Shown: positions 49,376 to 59,559 of the stretch, piece by piece
Layout of the letters: every line of letters begins with the position of its first letter
Position numbering within the stretch: the first letter of the stretch is position 1
DNA from: OCS116 cluster bacterium AG-430-B22
Lineage (GTDB): Bacteria; Pseudomonadota; Alphaproteobacteria; MED-G09
Assembly (NCBI GenBank): GCA_003209955.1
Contig: QCOD01000002.1
Span: forward strand, 603 to 64,602
DNA length: 64,000 bases
Reading direction: 5' to 3'
The notes under the pieces: generated by a model
The model's input: the letters and a program-made list of their open reading frames with translations, nothing else
Database searches by the model: none
Told to the model about the DNA's origin: nothing
Position numbers and translations under genes: made by a program

Positions 49376-50179
49376 ATGTTAGAACAAGCAATACATTTCA
49401 AAGAAGAAAGCGATGCATTATATAATTTGCTAATAAATGCTGATAACGATTCATTCAAATTAAATACACAATTTAAATCTTGGACAATAAACGATGTACT
49501 TTATCATCTGCATGTATGGAATATTGCTGCCCTTTTATCTTTAAAAAATGAAAAAGAATTTAAAGAATTTATGCAAAATTTTATGGAAGCTATAAAATCT
49601 GGAAATTCTGCAAGAGAATATGAGAAAATATTATCAAATAATGCTGAGGGGTTAGATCTTCTCTATTTATGGAAAGAAAAATATGAAAAAGTTTCTGATG
49701 AGTTTGCTGAATCTGATCCTAAAAAAAGAGTAAAATGGGCTGGTCCAGATATGAGTGTAAGATCCAGTATAACAGCAAGACATATGGAAACATGGGCTCA
49801 TGGTCAAGAAATTTTCGATCAACTAGGTTTTGAGAGAATTGATACGGATAGAATAAAAAATATAGTAGTCATCGGCGTTAATACTTTTGGATGGACCTTT
49901 ATTAATAGAAATTTAGCAGTACCTGAAAAAATGCCAAAATTATCTTTATTATCACCTTCAAACAAATTATGGGAATGGAATGAAGATAATGAGGAAAATG
50001 TAATATCGGGATCTGCTACTGAATTTGGTCAAGTAGTTACACAAGTGAGACACATTGATGATACATCATTAGAGGTTTCAGGAAAAATAGCTAATGAATG
50101 GATGTCCATTGCACAATGCTTTGCGGGACCACCTGAAAATCCTCCAGATAAGGGAACAAGGTTTACTAGGAAAATTTAA
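49376..50179 (+). CDS. TIGR03084-family metal-binding protein (DinB/MDMPI-like fold)
   Basis: WTINDVLYHL, WAGPDMS..S.ITAR.METWAHGQ, A.EWM.IAQCFAGPP. Confidence 0.82.
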   Translation: MLEQAIHFKEESDALYNLLINADNDSFKLNTQFKSWTINDVLYHLHVWNIAALLSLKNEKEFKEFMQNFMEAIKSGNSAREYEKILSNNAEGLDLLYLWKEKYEKVSDEFAESDPKKRVKWAGPDMSVRSSITARHMETWAHGQEIFDQLGFERIDTDRIKNIVVIGVNTFGWTFINRNLAVPEKMPKLSLLSPSNKLWEWNEDNEENVISGSATEFGQVVTQVRHIDDTSLEVSGKIANEWMSIAQCFAGPPENPPDKGTRFTRKI

Positions 50180-50665
50180 ATGGAAAAATTATTAAGTATT
50201 GCCAAAGAAGTATCAATAGCACTTATTAAAAGAGAAGAAACAATATTTGTGATTGAGTCGTCCTCAGGAGGCTTAATTTCAAGCTCTTTATTGGCACAAC
50301 CTGGGGCTTCCGCCTATTACATAGGTGGACAAGTTGTTTATACTGCAAAATCTATAAGAGGCGTTACTGGTTTAAGGTTAAGAGATCTTAAAGAAAAAAA
50401 TATAAGATCCAGTAGTGAGCCTTTTGCATTGTTGCTTGGGGAAAAAGGAGTTGAAATGTATTCAACGGATTGGTGCATTACTGAAACTGGGGCAGCAGGA
50501 CCAACTGGAAATGGATATGGTGATCCTGCAGGATATTCATGTTTTGCTATATCTGGAAAAAAAAATATTTCATCACATATTAATACTAATTCAGATAATA
50601 GGTTTGAAAATATGGTTAATTTTTCATCTGCAGCTTTAGAACTTTTTCTATCTAATCTTAATTAA
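50180..50665 (+). CDS. CinA C-terminal domain family protein
   Basis: ESSSGGLISS, PGASAYYIGG, ETGAAGPTG. Confidence 0.85.
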   Translation: MEKLLSIAKEVSIALIKREETIFVIESSSGGLISSSLLAQPGASAYYIGGQVVYTAKSIRGVTGLRLRDLKEKNIRSSSEPFALLLGEKGVEMYSTDWCITETGAAGPTGNGYGDPAGYSCFAISGKKNISSHINTNSDNRFENMVNFSSAALELFLSNLN

Positions 50666-51205
50666 TTATTTTGGCGCTCTTTTAGATAGTATTCTTTGAA
50701 GGGTTCTTCTGTGCATTTTTAAACGGCGTGCAGTTTCAGAAACATTTTTGTTACATAATTCATAGACTCTTTGGATATGCTCCCATCTAACTCTATTAGC
50801 ACTCATAGGTTCGTCGGGAGGAGGCGCTTTTTCATCCTTACTAACCAAAAGAGAAGATATAATATCTTCAATATTTGCTGGTTTAGACAAATAATCTACT
50901 GCTCCAAGTTTAATTGCTGAAACAGCATTAGCGATATTACCAAATCCAGTAAGAATAATAGATTTAGATTTTGGATTTAATCTATTCAACTCTGTGATGA
51001 TTTCTAATCCATCACCATCATCTAATCGTAGATCAATAACACCATAATCAAATTTCTCTTCTTTAAGTATACTTAGACCTTCCTTAACAGATTGGGCTTC
51101 AAATACGATTAGTCCTCTTCTTGACATTGCTCTTGAAAGTTGATTTAGCCATACACGATCATCATCAACAATTAGTAGTTTTTGATTTTCAAATTCATTA
51201 TTCAT
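50666..51205 (-). CDS. regA: RegA/PrrA/ActR response regulator
   Basis: DLRL receiver aspartate, MSANRVRWEHIQRVYELC..NVSETARRLKMHRRTLQRIL.KRAP. Confidence 0.96.
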   Translation of the reverse strand: MNNEFENQKLLIVDDDRVWLNQLSRAMSRRGLIVFEAQSVKEGLSILKEEKFDYGVIDLRLDDGDGLEIITELNRLNPKSKSIILTGFGNIANAVSAIKLGAVDYLSKPANIEDIISSLLVSKDEKAPPPDEPMSANRVRWEHIQRVYELCNKNVSETARRLKMHRRTLQRILSKRAPK

Positions 51206-51209
51206 AAAA

Positions 51210-52502
51210 TTATACCCATCCTTGCTTAGGAATTAAAATAGATACTACAGCTCCACTTTCTGGTTTATTCTTATTATATATTTCCATCTTAATACCTAAT
51301 CTTTCAAATAAAGTTTTAGAAATAAAAAAGCCAAGACCTAGCCCGTCCTTGAGACCATCATCTTTATGTCTACTAGTAACATATGGATCACCAAGTCTAT
51401 GTAAAATTTCAGTAGAAAAACCATCTCCGTCATCTTCTATAAGTAATTGAATATTATTATCAATTTTAGCAATTTTCATAAATACATTTTCTTTTGCAAA
51501 TTCACCCGCATTTTCAATAATATTTGATAGGCCTAATAATAATTCAGATCGCCTTTCTATCATAAAACTTGCTAAATCCTGATTATTTGAATCAAAAATA
51601 ATATTAGTTTTTATGCCTTTAACTTTTACAAGTTCGCTCAATTCTTCTAGTAAGGCATGAAGTTCAATTTTATTAACGATATCATCATCAATTGATGATT
51701 TTTCTCCAAGGGATCCAAGAATATTTTTACATCTTTGAATCTCTTTAGTAAGTGTTTTTAAATCTTCTTTTCCTTGGGCACTTAATGACTCGTTATCAAA
51801 TAATTCACTTGCAATTAAATTTATCGATCCCAATGGAGTACCTAGTTGGTGAGCTGCAGCTGCGGCCAATCCATCTAAAGAAGATAAATTTTGTTCATTA
51901 GATAATAATTCTTCTGTCACCTTAAGAGCCCTAGATACCTCTCTAGATTCATTAGCCAACCTCCCAACATATAGGGATAAAAATAGAATAGTTACCAACA
52001 AGGAAAACCAAATTCCAATAGTTATTATAGGAGGGTTTGCTAAATAAGAGAGATCGCTCTGGATTAAAGGATAATTATAAAGACCAATTAGAGATACGGA
52101 TACAAGTGTTAATATAATTAGTATAAATGAAGATCTAATTGGAAGATTATCAATAGAAATCGCTATTGGTACAATGAAAAGCATCACAAATGGATTTGAT
52201 AACCCACCCGTGAAAAAAACTAAAAGTGCTAATTGAATTATATCACCACCTATAACAAAGGTAGTTGTTGTTTCACTCAACCTTTTATTCCAAGAGTATA
52301 AAAGAAATAAAATTAGGTTAGATAAAGCCAAAGCACCAATGGTCATATAGACTTCAAAATATGGTAATTTAAAAAGTAGAATGCTGCCTACTACTAAACA
52401 AGTTAATAGTTGCCCAATGACAGCCACAGACCTAAGAAGAATTAGAGTTTTTAGTCTGATTCCAAGCCTTAAGTTAGGAGTATATTTACTTTCTTCTACC
52501 AT
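51210..52502 (-). CDS. regB: RegB/PrrB/ActS redox sensor histidine kinase
   Basis: GGLSNPF quinone-binding motif, H-box AAAAAHQLGTPL, redox cysteine RCKNIL, G-boxes. Confidence 0.93.
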   Translation of the reverse strand: MVEESKYTPNLRLGIRLKTLILLRSVAVIGQLLTCLVVGSILLFKLPYFEVYMTIGALALSNLILFLLYSWNKRLSETTTTFVIGGDIIQLALLVFFTGGLSNPFVMLFIVPIAISIDNLPIRSSFILIILTLVSVSLIGLYNYPLIQSDLSYLANPPIITIGIWFSLLVTILFLSLYVGRLANESREVSRALKVTEELLSNEQNLSSLDGLAAAAAHQLGTPLGSINLIASELFDNESLSAQGKEDLKTLTKEIQRCKNILGSLGEKSSIDDDIVNKIELHALLEELSELVKVKGIKTNIIFDSNNQDLASFMIERRSELLLGLSNIIENAGEFAKENVFMKIAKIDNNIQLLIEDDGDGFSTEILHRLGDPYVTSRHKDDGLKDGLGLGFFISKTLFERLGIKMEIYNKNKPESGAVVSILIPKQGWV

Positions 52503-52512
52503 AAGTGAACTT

Positions 52513-53148
52513 TTATTTTAAAAGATTTCTTACTTCTTGGATAGCATCTTCAGGTTGTATTACTTTGAGAGTCGTCATGCCTAACTCTCTTGCGGGTTTT
52601 AAATTAATGCCTAAATCATCTAAATATATACATTGATCAGGGCTTACATTTAATGCATCGCATGACATCATATAAATTTCAGGATTAGGTTTTCTTATAC
52701 CTACTATAGAAGATTCAATTACATGATCAAATATAGACATTGCCTCTTTTGTTTCATTATCAGTATTTTCTTCTGAAGAAGGCTTAACATTATTAGTAAT
52801 ACAACCAAGCTTAAAATCTGCTTTAAGCTCTCTAAGGAAACTCACCATATTTTCTCTAATACTGCCTTTTAAAAGTTTTATAATATCTCTTCCTTTAATA
52901 TCAAAACCTTTTGCTTTTGCCTCTTTTAAAAATAAATCATCAAATTGATCGATTGTAATGCTATTACTTTCAAACTGAGCCCAAGCGTTCATGTCGGGAT
53001 TTTCAGAATTAATAGTCCTAATAATATCTTTAGGTAAGCCATTTACTTCCTCAAACTCATTAAAAGCATCAAAAGGGCTTGAGGTAATAACGCCGCCAAA
53101 ATCCCATATAATTGCTTTATATTTCATACTATTATATCCTTGGCTCAA
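52513..53148 (-). CDS. HAD-IA family hydrolase
   Basis: WDFGGV, GIRKPNPEIY, YLDDLG. The start may be the downstream ATG at 53127. Confidence 0.88.
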   Translation of the reverse strand: MSQGYNSMKYKAIIWDFGGVITSSPFDAFNEFEEVNGLPKDIIRTINSENPDMNAWAQFESNSITIDQFDDLFLKEAKAKGFDIKGRDIIKLLKGSIRENMVSFLRELKADFKLGCITNNVKPSSEENTDNETKEAMSIFDHVIESSIVGIRKPNPEIYMMSCDALNVSPDQCIYLDDLGINLKPARELGMTTLKVIQPEDAIQEVRNLLK

Positions 53149-53187
53149 GTTTTAACATTTAATTTATTCTAATTAATGGAGCATTAA

Positions 53188-54045
53188 ATGAAAAGTGAAC
53201 CTATAAATTCTTTAAACTCAGATGTTTTATATTCTGAAATAGATAATATTGCCATATTAACTTTAAACCGACCCGAAAAATTAAATGCTTACAATGCTAA
53301 TATTTTTAATGGCCTTAAAGAAGGTATAAAGAAAATCGAAAATAGAGAAAATATTAATGCAATAATAATAACAGGCGCTGGTAGAGGTTTTTGTGCTGGA
53401 GCGGATATGGATGGCTTAAAAAAAACCACTAAGTCAAATAATAAGATTACTCCTGAAGATGATATAGATGAAAAACTTCCAAATGAAATTATAGGTCCAA
53501 AAATTGCAGAACATTTTCAAACAAGATTCGGATTTTTGGCTACCTGTAGAAAACCTATTATAGCTGCAATTAATGGCCCATGTGCTGGAATTGGTCTAGT
53601 TATGACTTTATTTTGTGATCTAAGATTTGCTTCAGAAGACGCAAAATTTACAACTGCTTTTTCTAGAAGGGGTTTAATTGCTGAGCATGGTATTAGCTGG
53701 ATATTACCAAAACTAATTGGGCATGCCCATGCTATGGATATATTATTTACAGGAAGGGTCTTCCTTGCTGAAGAAGCTTTTAAAATTGGTTTAATTAATA
53801 ATTGCTTCCCTAAAGATGATTTTATGGAATCAACTCTTGAATATGTTAAAGATCTAGCAAATATGTCGTCTCCAAGATCTATTGCTGTGATGAAATCTCA
53901 AATATATAAAGCTTTCTTCCAAAATTTAAATGATGCTGCTTCAATTGGAGATTTAGAAATGGAAAAAAGTTTCCTATCAGAAGATTTTAAAGAAGGTGTT
54001 AATCATTTTATGGAAAAAAGAGCACCAAAATTTACTGGTAAATAA
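53188..54045 (+). CDS. Enoyl-CoA hydratase/isomerase family protein
   Basis: LNRPEKLNA, FCAGADM, AAINGPCAGIG, DFKEGV..F.EKR.P.F. Confidence 0.92.
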   Translation: MKSEPINSLNSDVLYSEIDNIAILTLNRPEKLNAYNANIFNGLKEGIKKIENRENINAIIITGAGRGFCAGADMDGLKKTTKSNNKITPEDDIDEKLPNEIIGPKIAEHFQTRFGFLATCRKPIIAAINGPCAGIGLVMTLFCDLRFASEDAKFTTAFSRRGLIAEHGISWILPKLIGHAHAMDILFTGRVFLAEEAFKIGLINNCFPKDDFMESTLEYVKDLANMSSPRSIAVMKSQIYKAFFQNLNDAASIGDLEMEKSFLSEDFKEGVNHFMEKRAPKFTGK

Positions 54046-54058
54046 ATCGGAAAAATAA

Positions 54059-54814
54059 ATGAAATATATTCAAGTCGTTTTTTTATTAATTTTTTCCTGC
54101 TCCTTGCTGGCCGAAACAAGAATAGATTATTATGTAAATCTTGGAGGAATTAAAATTGCTGATGCAAACTTCATAATTAAAAGTGATAAAAAAAACTGGT
54201 CACTTAAAACTGAGGTAGAAGCAGCAGGAATTGTAGATGTGTTAGTTAAGTTCATCTCAACAACTGAAAGTGAAGGAATTATAAATAATAATAAATTAGT
54301 TCCTGAACTATATAAATTCTCATACTTGACTGGGAGAGGAAGCTCAAGAAAAGGTTCAATAACATATAAGGATAATATTCCTATTAGATTAACCGCAGAA
54401 CCAAATTACGATGATAACGAAATACCATCATTAGAATTTTTAGAAGAATATGGTTCTACTAGTAATGATCCTTATAGCGCACTTTTGGTTCATGGGTCAT
54501 ATTCAGACCCATGTAAATTTATTGCACAGGGCTTTGATGGCTTAAGATCTTTTAGAACAATATTTGTCAGAGCGGCAAGAGAAGAGAAAATTATGATAGG
54601 TGACCAGGAAGTTATGACATCAAAATGTATTGGTTATTTTGATCCAATAGTCGGTTACAAAGAAAGTGACTTTCTTGATGAAATTTCTAAACCTGGATCT
54701 GTGAGATATTGGTTTAAATATTTTGATTCGATAGATCTATGGGTACCCGTTAAGGTAATAATTGACACACCTTTAGGTGGTTTTGTTCTAAAGGGAACGG
54801 CTTTGAAAAATTAG
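54059..54814 (+). CDS. DUF3108-like exported protein
   Basis: Signal peptide, Y..GIKIA pattern, DPYSALL, FDG.R, VPVKV.IDT..G. Confidence 0.65.
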   Translation: MKYIQVVFLLIFSCSLLAETRIDYYVNLGGIKIADANFIIKSDKKNWSLKTEVEAAGIVDVLVKFISTTESEGIINNNKLVPELYKFSYLTGRGSSRKGSITYKDNIPIRLTAEPNYDDNEIPSLEFLEEYGSTSNDPYSALLVHGSYSDPCKFIAQGFDGLRSFRTIFVRAAREEKIMIGDQEVMTSKCIGYFDPIVGYKESDFLDEISKPGSVRYWFKYFDSIDLWVPVKVIIDTPLGGFVLKGTALKN

Positions 54815-54819
54815 AAAAA

Positions 54820-55749
54820 ATGGAAAAAATTCCTACAATCTCAATTAAAAATTCAAATGAAAGAAAAGCTATTATCAGCAAAGATATACTTAAAGCATGT
54901 CAAGATGTTGGTTTCTTCACAATTATTGATCATGATCTTGATATTAATTTAATTAAAAAGGTTCTCAATTTATCCGCTGAATTTTTCAATCAATCTGAAG
55001 AAATAAAAAATAAATATTATATAAAAGATGGCGCAGGACAAAGAGGTTACACTCCCTTAGGAATTGAAACAGCAAAAAACTCGAAAATCCCTGATCAAAA
55101 AGAATTTTGGCATCATGGGAGATCTAATTGGAGTCAAAAATATAAAAAAGATATGCCTGAAAACTTATTAATCAAAGAAGTTGAAGAAATAAATAATGAA
55201 TTGATAAGTCTATTTGATAGTTTTGAAAAAGTTGGAAAAAAAATACTATCCTTAATAGCTATTGGGTTAAATTTAGAAGAAAATTGGTTTGAAGATAAAA
55301 TTAACCAAGGTAATTCAATTTTGAGGATGATACATTATCCAGAATTAAAAAATAATTCTGCAGGATTAAGGGCTGAAGCTCATGAAGATATTAATCTGAT
55401 AACCTTATTAATAGGAACAGAACAAGAAGGCTTAGAAGTTCTAAATAAAGAAAAAAGGTGGATACCAATTAATGTAGGATCAAATAAAATTGTATGTAAT
55501 GTAGGTGACATGCTTCAAAGACTTACAAATGACAATTTAAAATCAACTACACATCGAGTTTGTAATCCTAGAGGCCTGAAAAAAAATCAACCAAGATACT
55601 CTATACCCTTTTTTCTTCATCTAAATCCTGACTATATGATCGAAACACTATCAAACTGTATTGATAAAGTTTCTCCAAATAAATACAATGATGCAATCTC
55701 AGCAAATGAATTCCTAAAAATTAGACTGGAAGAAATTAATTTAAAGTAA
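54820..55749 (+). CDS. 2-oxoglutarate/Fe(II)-dependent oxygenase (isopenicillin N synthase-like)
   Basis: HEDINLITLL, NVGDMLQRLTN, THRV, RYS. Confidence 0.9.
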   Translation: MEKIPTISIKNSNERKAIISKDILKACQDVGFFTIIDHDLDINLIKKVLNLSAEFFNQSEEIKNKYYIKDGAGQRGYTPLGIETAKNSKIPDQKEFWHHGRSNWSQKYKKDMPENLLIKEVEEINNELISLFDSFEKVGKKILSLIAIGLNLEENWFEDKINQGNSILRMIHYPELKNNSAGLRAEAHEDINLITLLIGTEQEGLEVLNKEKRWIPINVGSNKIVCNVGDMLQRLTNDNLKSTTHRVCNPRGLKKNQPRYSIPFFLHLNPDYMIETLSNCIDKVSPNKYNDAISANEFLKIRLEEINLK

Positions 55750-55761
55750 TATTGAGCTTAA

Positions 55762-56184
55762 TTATATAAGTGAGAGTATCTCTTCAAGCTTTCTCTTGCT
55801 TTTACCAAATACTCTTACACTTTTTACCTGATCAAGATTTGATAAGTCGTCCCCAACAATAACTAGGGCTATCATTCCCATACTTTTATGGGGTGTACAC
55901 TGATAGAAATAAACACCTGGTTTTTCAAATGTATAAGCAAATTCTTGATTAATTCTACTTTTCTTTGGTAGCTCTAAAGCATCCGGGCCTATAATAAACT
56001 CAACATTATGACCTTTATCTTTTGGTTTCCAAACAACAGTATCACCGATCGCAACCTTAAGAACATCTTCTGAATAGACCATACTTTGACCATCAGATCT
56101 TACATTTAACATATCAATTGAAAATGTATTTGAAAGAATAGGTGAAGTGAAAAAGATTATAAAAATAAAAAATATTCTAAGCAT
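55762..56184 (-). CDS. Pseudoazurin/plastocyanin-type blue copper protein
   Basis: Signal peptide, GHNVEF and YQCTPHKSMGM supply the His/Cys/His/Met type-1 copper ligands. Confidence 0.9.
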   Translation of the reverse strand: MLRIFFIFIIFFTSPILSNTFSIDMLNVRSDGQSMVYSEDVLKVAIGDTVVWKPKDKGHNVEFIIGPDALELPKKSRINQEFAYTFEKPGVYFYQCTPHKSMGMIALVIVGDDLSNLDQVKSVRVFGKSKRKLEEILSLI

Positions 56185-56447
56185 TATATTATCCTATTAA
56201 GTGATTGTTAGTGTACACGGGAACATATATGTAATTAGGCTATATTAATAAATGCGACACTTTAACCAAAAACAAGTATTTTAAGTTTATATTTGATAAA
56301 TAACTTCCTTGAAAGCCATATGAAGCTTAAATTATCATGTTGAATGATAGATTTATCTTATACTATTAATATTATAAATATAGTTAATTAATAAATTGAA
56401 CAAATAGTACAATTTTTTTAAAATAAGGCATTCATTAACTAACAATC

Positions 56448-56467
56448 AATAATAATAATAATAATAA
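56448..56467 (+). repeat. (AAT)6 tandem repeat in the TBDR 5' leader
   Basis: aataataataataataataa, about 28 nt upstream of ATG 56495. Confidence 0.85.
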
Positions 56468-56494
56468 AGTATTGTTGCGTGGAGGAGAAAACTT

Positions 56495-59371
56495 ATGCGT
56501 TTGCAAAAAAGCTTATCAATTCTATTTATAGGGTTGTTTATAATTACTAATTCAAATTTTTTGAAAGCACAAACAAATACTGGGATTGAAGAAATTCTTG
56601 TTACAGCACAAAGAGCTGAAGAAAATATCCAAGATGTACCTGTTGCTGTTACTGCTTTCACAAGTGATAGTTTAGAACTTCAACAAATTGATACATTTGG
56701 TGATTTACAATTTAATGCACCAAACATTACATTCACTCGAGGTAACTTTACTGGATCAAGTATGTCTATTAGAGGTGTCTCTTCAGCTGCAGTTGCTGCA
56801 TCTGGTGACGGTGCTGTTGGATATCATTTAGATGGTGTTCCTTTACCTACTAGTGTTTTTGAAACTGAATATTATGATATAGAAGGTGTTGAAATATTGA
56901 GAGGACCCCAAGGTACGCTTTATGGAGCAAACTCTTCAGCTGGTACAGTTAATTTAATCTTTGGAAAGCCATCTGATGAATTTGAAGGTAGTCTTGATGT
57001 TGAAATTGCTGATTACAATCATCAAAAATTAACTGCTATGGTTAATATACCTCTTACTGATGGTTTAAGACTTAGAGCTTCTGGAATGTCTTTACAAAGA
57101 GATGGTTTCTCTACAAATATGTTTCCTGGAAAAGAAGGTGAAGATATAGATGGAAGAGATATTAATTCTTGGAGATTTGTTTTAGAGGCTGATCTTAGTG
57201 AAAATACAACTGCCCGTTTAACTTACATGGATTTTGAAGAAGATGATAACCGTGCAAGAGCTGGTAGACAAATGTGTAAGCCAACTGAGGTACCTGCTTA
57301 CGGTTGTTATCCAGATGAATTTGGTTATGGAGTTCCTACTGGAGGATCAACTATTGGTGGAATATTTGCTGCAATTGGTGGATTAGGTAGTTTTAGTCCT
57401 TTAGATAGCGCTAATAATAATCCTTTGACAGGCGCGAGACAGACTTATCAAGCTATGGACCCTGTTTATAAAGCTGATGAAAAATTATATCTCTTAACAG
57501 TTGAAACAAAAGCCATAGAAAATATTACAATAAAAGCAAACTTTGCTCATCACGAAACACTTATCTTTACTCAGCAGGACTATAATAATACTGATGGAAG
57601 AACTAAGTTTCTGAAAAATAATCCTGCTTTTCCTCAAGGGATTGTCCCAATATCAAATTACACAGATGATGCTAGCGGTATATTTAGTGGTGCCGTAAAG
57701 GGTTACTATGATTTTAATTTTGCTTATGATACCTCAAGGGGGAGTAATGAATTAAAATATGGTGATATTACAATATCCTCTGAATTTGACGGTGCATTTA
57801 ACTTTGCTGCTGGTGTAAGTGCTCTAGAATCTGAAACTGTTAATAATTATGATGTCTATTTTGCTTCAGGTGATGCTGCTGGTTTAGCTGCAATGTTGGC
57901 TCCTTTCAGATTATATCCAACACATTATAGAAACCTTACTAATCCATATGAGCTAGAGAGAAAAGCTGTATTTGGTCAAGTATATTATGATATAAATGAA
58001 GATGTAAAACTGACACTTGGCGCAAGATGGTCAGAATCTGAAAAAGCTATTCAAGATGTTCAGATGTTCTTAAACTCCGCAATCCTTGCAGGAGGAACAG
58101 CTATAGGTGATCCAGTTTCTGCTGCAGTCCAAACTACTGATCCAAATTTCATGCTAGTTCTTGGTGGCATTGCTCCGCCTGCTTTGAGTCCAATTCCATC
58201 CCCAGGTCAAGCTAGAGCTTTAGTTGGTGCTCCATCAAGTTTCACCGAAGATGAGATAACATATAAAGCTTCTGTAGATTGGACTCCTGATTTAGCTGGA
58301 ACTGACTCAACACTTTTATACGCAAGTTTCTCCAGGGGATATAGACCTGGCGCTTTTAACCCACCTGTTGACCCAACATTATTCTCAGGTGTTGCGCCTC
58401 AAACTGAACCAGAATTCATTGATGCTATTGAAATTGGTATGAAAAATGTTCTTTTTGATAATACAATGATAGCAAACTTAACTGCTTTCTATTATGATTA
58501 TCAGGGATTACAAGTTTCCAAAATTATAGCGCGTACATCAGTAAATGAAAATATTGATGCTGAGATGAATGGGCTAGAAGCAGAAATATTCTGGTCACCT
58601 TCATCAGTACCTGGACTTAGACTTGATGCTCAAGTCTCATTACTTGAAACTGAAGTCGCAAATGGAACTACATCTTTAAACCCTCATGATTTAACAAGTA
58701 GAAATCTTGGCAATAATGAAGGATGGGTTCTTAAGGATGTTACAAATGGTTCAACATGTGGATTTAAAAAATCACAATTACTTGCTGGCTTAGCTGGTGG
58801 AGTATTAAATCCTGCTGCTGACCTTCTTGCTTTACCTAAAACTTTATCAGTTGATGGTGTGACATCTGCAGACCCAACAGGAACAGTTGACCCTGTTGCA
58901 CAAATATTTGGTCTAGGCGCTTTACCAACCATAGGTAGATGTGCGGATGTGGCTAGTAAATTAACTGCAGCTGGATTAGGTGGTTTTTATGAAGTTCCTT
59001 ACGATTTATCAGGAAAAGAACTTACTAATGCTCCTGCAGCAACAGCACATGTTGGTATAGAATATACTGCTGATTTAACTCAGGCTGATCTTCAAATTGT
59101 TTCAAGATTAGATTACTATTGGCAGGATAAGATGTACACACGTCTATACAATACACCAAGAGATGTTATTGACTCATGGGACGTATTAAATGCGCAAATC
59201 ATTTTCCAATCTACGGTTAACCCATGGTATATAAGAATTTGGGGTAAAAACCTTATGGATGATGATAACCAAACAGGTGCTTATTTTACTGATCCTTCTT
59301 CTGGTCAATTTAGAAATGATTTCTTTATGGACCCAAGAATGGTTGGAATTACTTTTGGTGCAAGTTTCTAA
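56495..59371 (+). CDS. TonB-dependent receptor, paralog A
   Basis: EEILVTAQR, VEILRGPQGTLYG, C-terminal F. GGAGG Shine-Dalgarno. Confidence 0.94.
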   Translation: MRLQKSLSILFIGLFIITNSNFLKAQTNTGIEEILVTAQRAEENIQDVPVAVTAFTSDSLELQQIDTFGDLQFNAPNITFTRGNFTGSSMSIRGVSSAAVAASGDGAVGYHLDGVPLPTSVFETEYYDIEGVEILRGPQGTLYGANSSAGTVNLIFGKPSDEFEGSLDVEIADYNHQKLTAMVNIPLTDGLRLRASGMSLQRDGFSTNMFPGKEGEDIDGRDINSWRFVLEADLSENTTARLTYMDFEEDDNRARAGRQMCKPTEVPAYGCYPDEFGYGVPTGGSTIGGIFAAIGGLGSFSPLDSANNNPLTGARQTYQAMDPVYKADEKLYLLTVETKAIENITIKANFAHHETLIFTQQDYNNTDGRTKFLKNNPAFPQGIVPISNYTDDASGIFSGAVKGYYDFNFAYDTSRGSNELKYGDITISSEFDGAFNFAAGVSALESETVNNYDVYFASGDAAGLAAMLAPFRLYPTHYRNLTNPYELERKAVFGQVYYDINEDVKLTLGARWSESEKAIQDVQMFLNSAILAGGTAIGDPVSAAVQTTDPNFMLVLGGIAPPALSPIPSPGQARALVGAPSSFTEDEITYKASVDWTPDLAGTDSTLLYASFSRGYRPGAFNPPVDPTLFSGVAPQTEPEFIDAIEIGMKNVLFDNTMIANLTAFYYDYQGLQVSKIIARTSVNENIDAEMNGLEAEIFWSPSSVPGLRLDAQVSLLETEVANGTTSLNPHDLTSRNLGNNEGWVLKDVTNGSTCGFKKSQLLAGLAGGVLNPAADLLALPKTLSVDGVTSADPTGTVDPVAQIFGLGALPTIGRCADVASKLTAAGLGGFYEVPYDLSGKELTNAPAATAHVGIEYTADLTQADLQIVSRLDYYWQDKMYTRLYNTPRDVIDSWDVLNAQIIFQSTVNPWYIRIWGKNLMDDDNQTGAYFTDPSSGQFRNDFFMDPRMVGITFGASF

Positions 59372-59391
59372 AAAAAATAATATTTAGAATC

Positions 59392-59428
59392 AAAAAAGCG
59401 CGACCAAGTTGTCGCGCTTTTTTTTATT
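59392..59428 (+). terminator. Intrinsic terminator between the tandem TBDR genes
   Basis: AAAAAAGCGCGAC-caagtt-GTCGCGCTTTTTTTT. Confidence 0.88.
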
Positions 59429-59559
59429 GATTAAAAAAATATAAAAAAATAGCATTTCTTATTAAAATTCTGTTGTATTAAAATTTCTTCCATGTATTCT
59501 ATTAAAACCTAAATAAAAAAAATAATAATTGCGGTAAAGCGTAAATGTGGGGGATATTA

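Noticed and set aside
56240-56265. TGCGACAC upstream of the pseudoazurin gene as a RegA/RegR box
   Set aside because: Only the GTCGC half-site matches, which is insufficient without a PWM scan.
34235-56495. Possible integrative element or genomic island at tRNA-Ser
   Set aside because: No integrase, transposase or phage gene, and I did not spot a duplicated tRNA 3' end. Core-type genes such as regBA and cysK lie inside the stretch.
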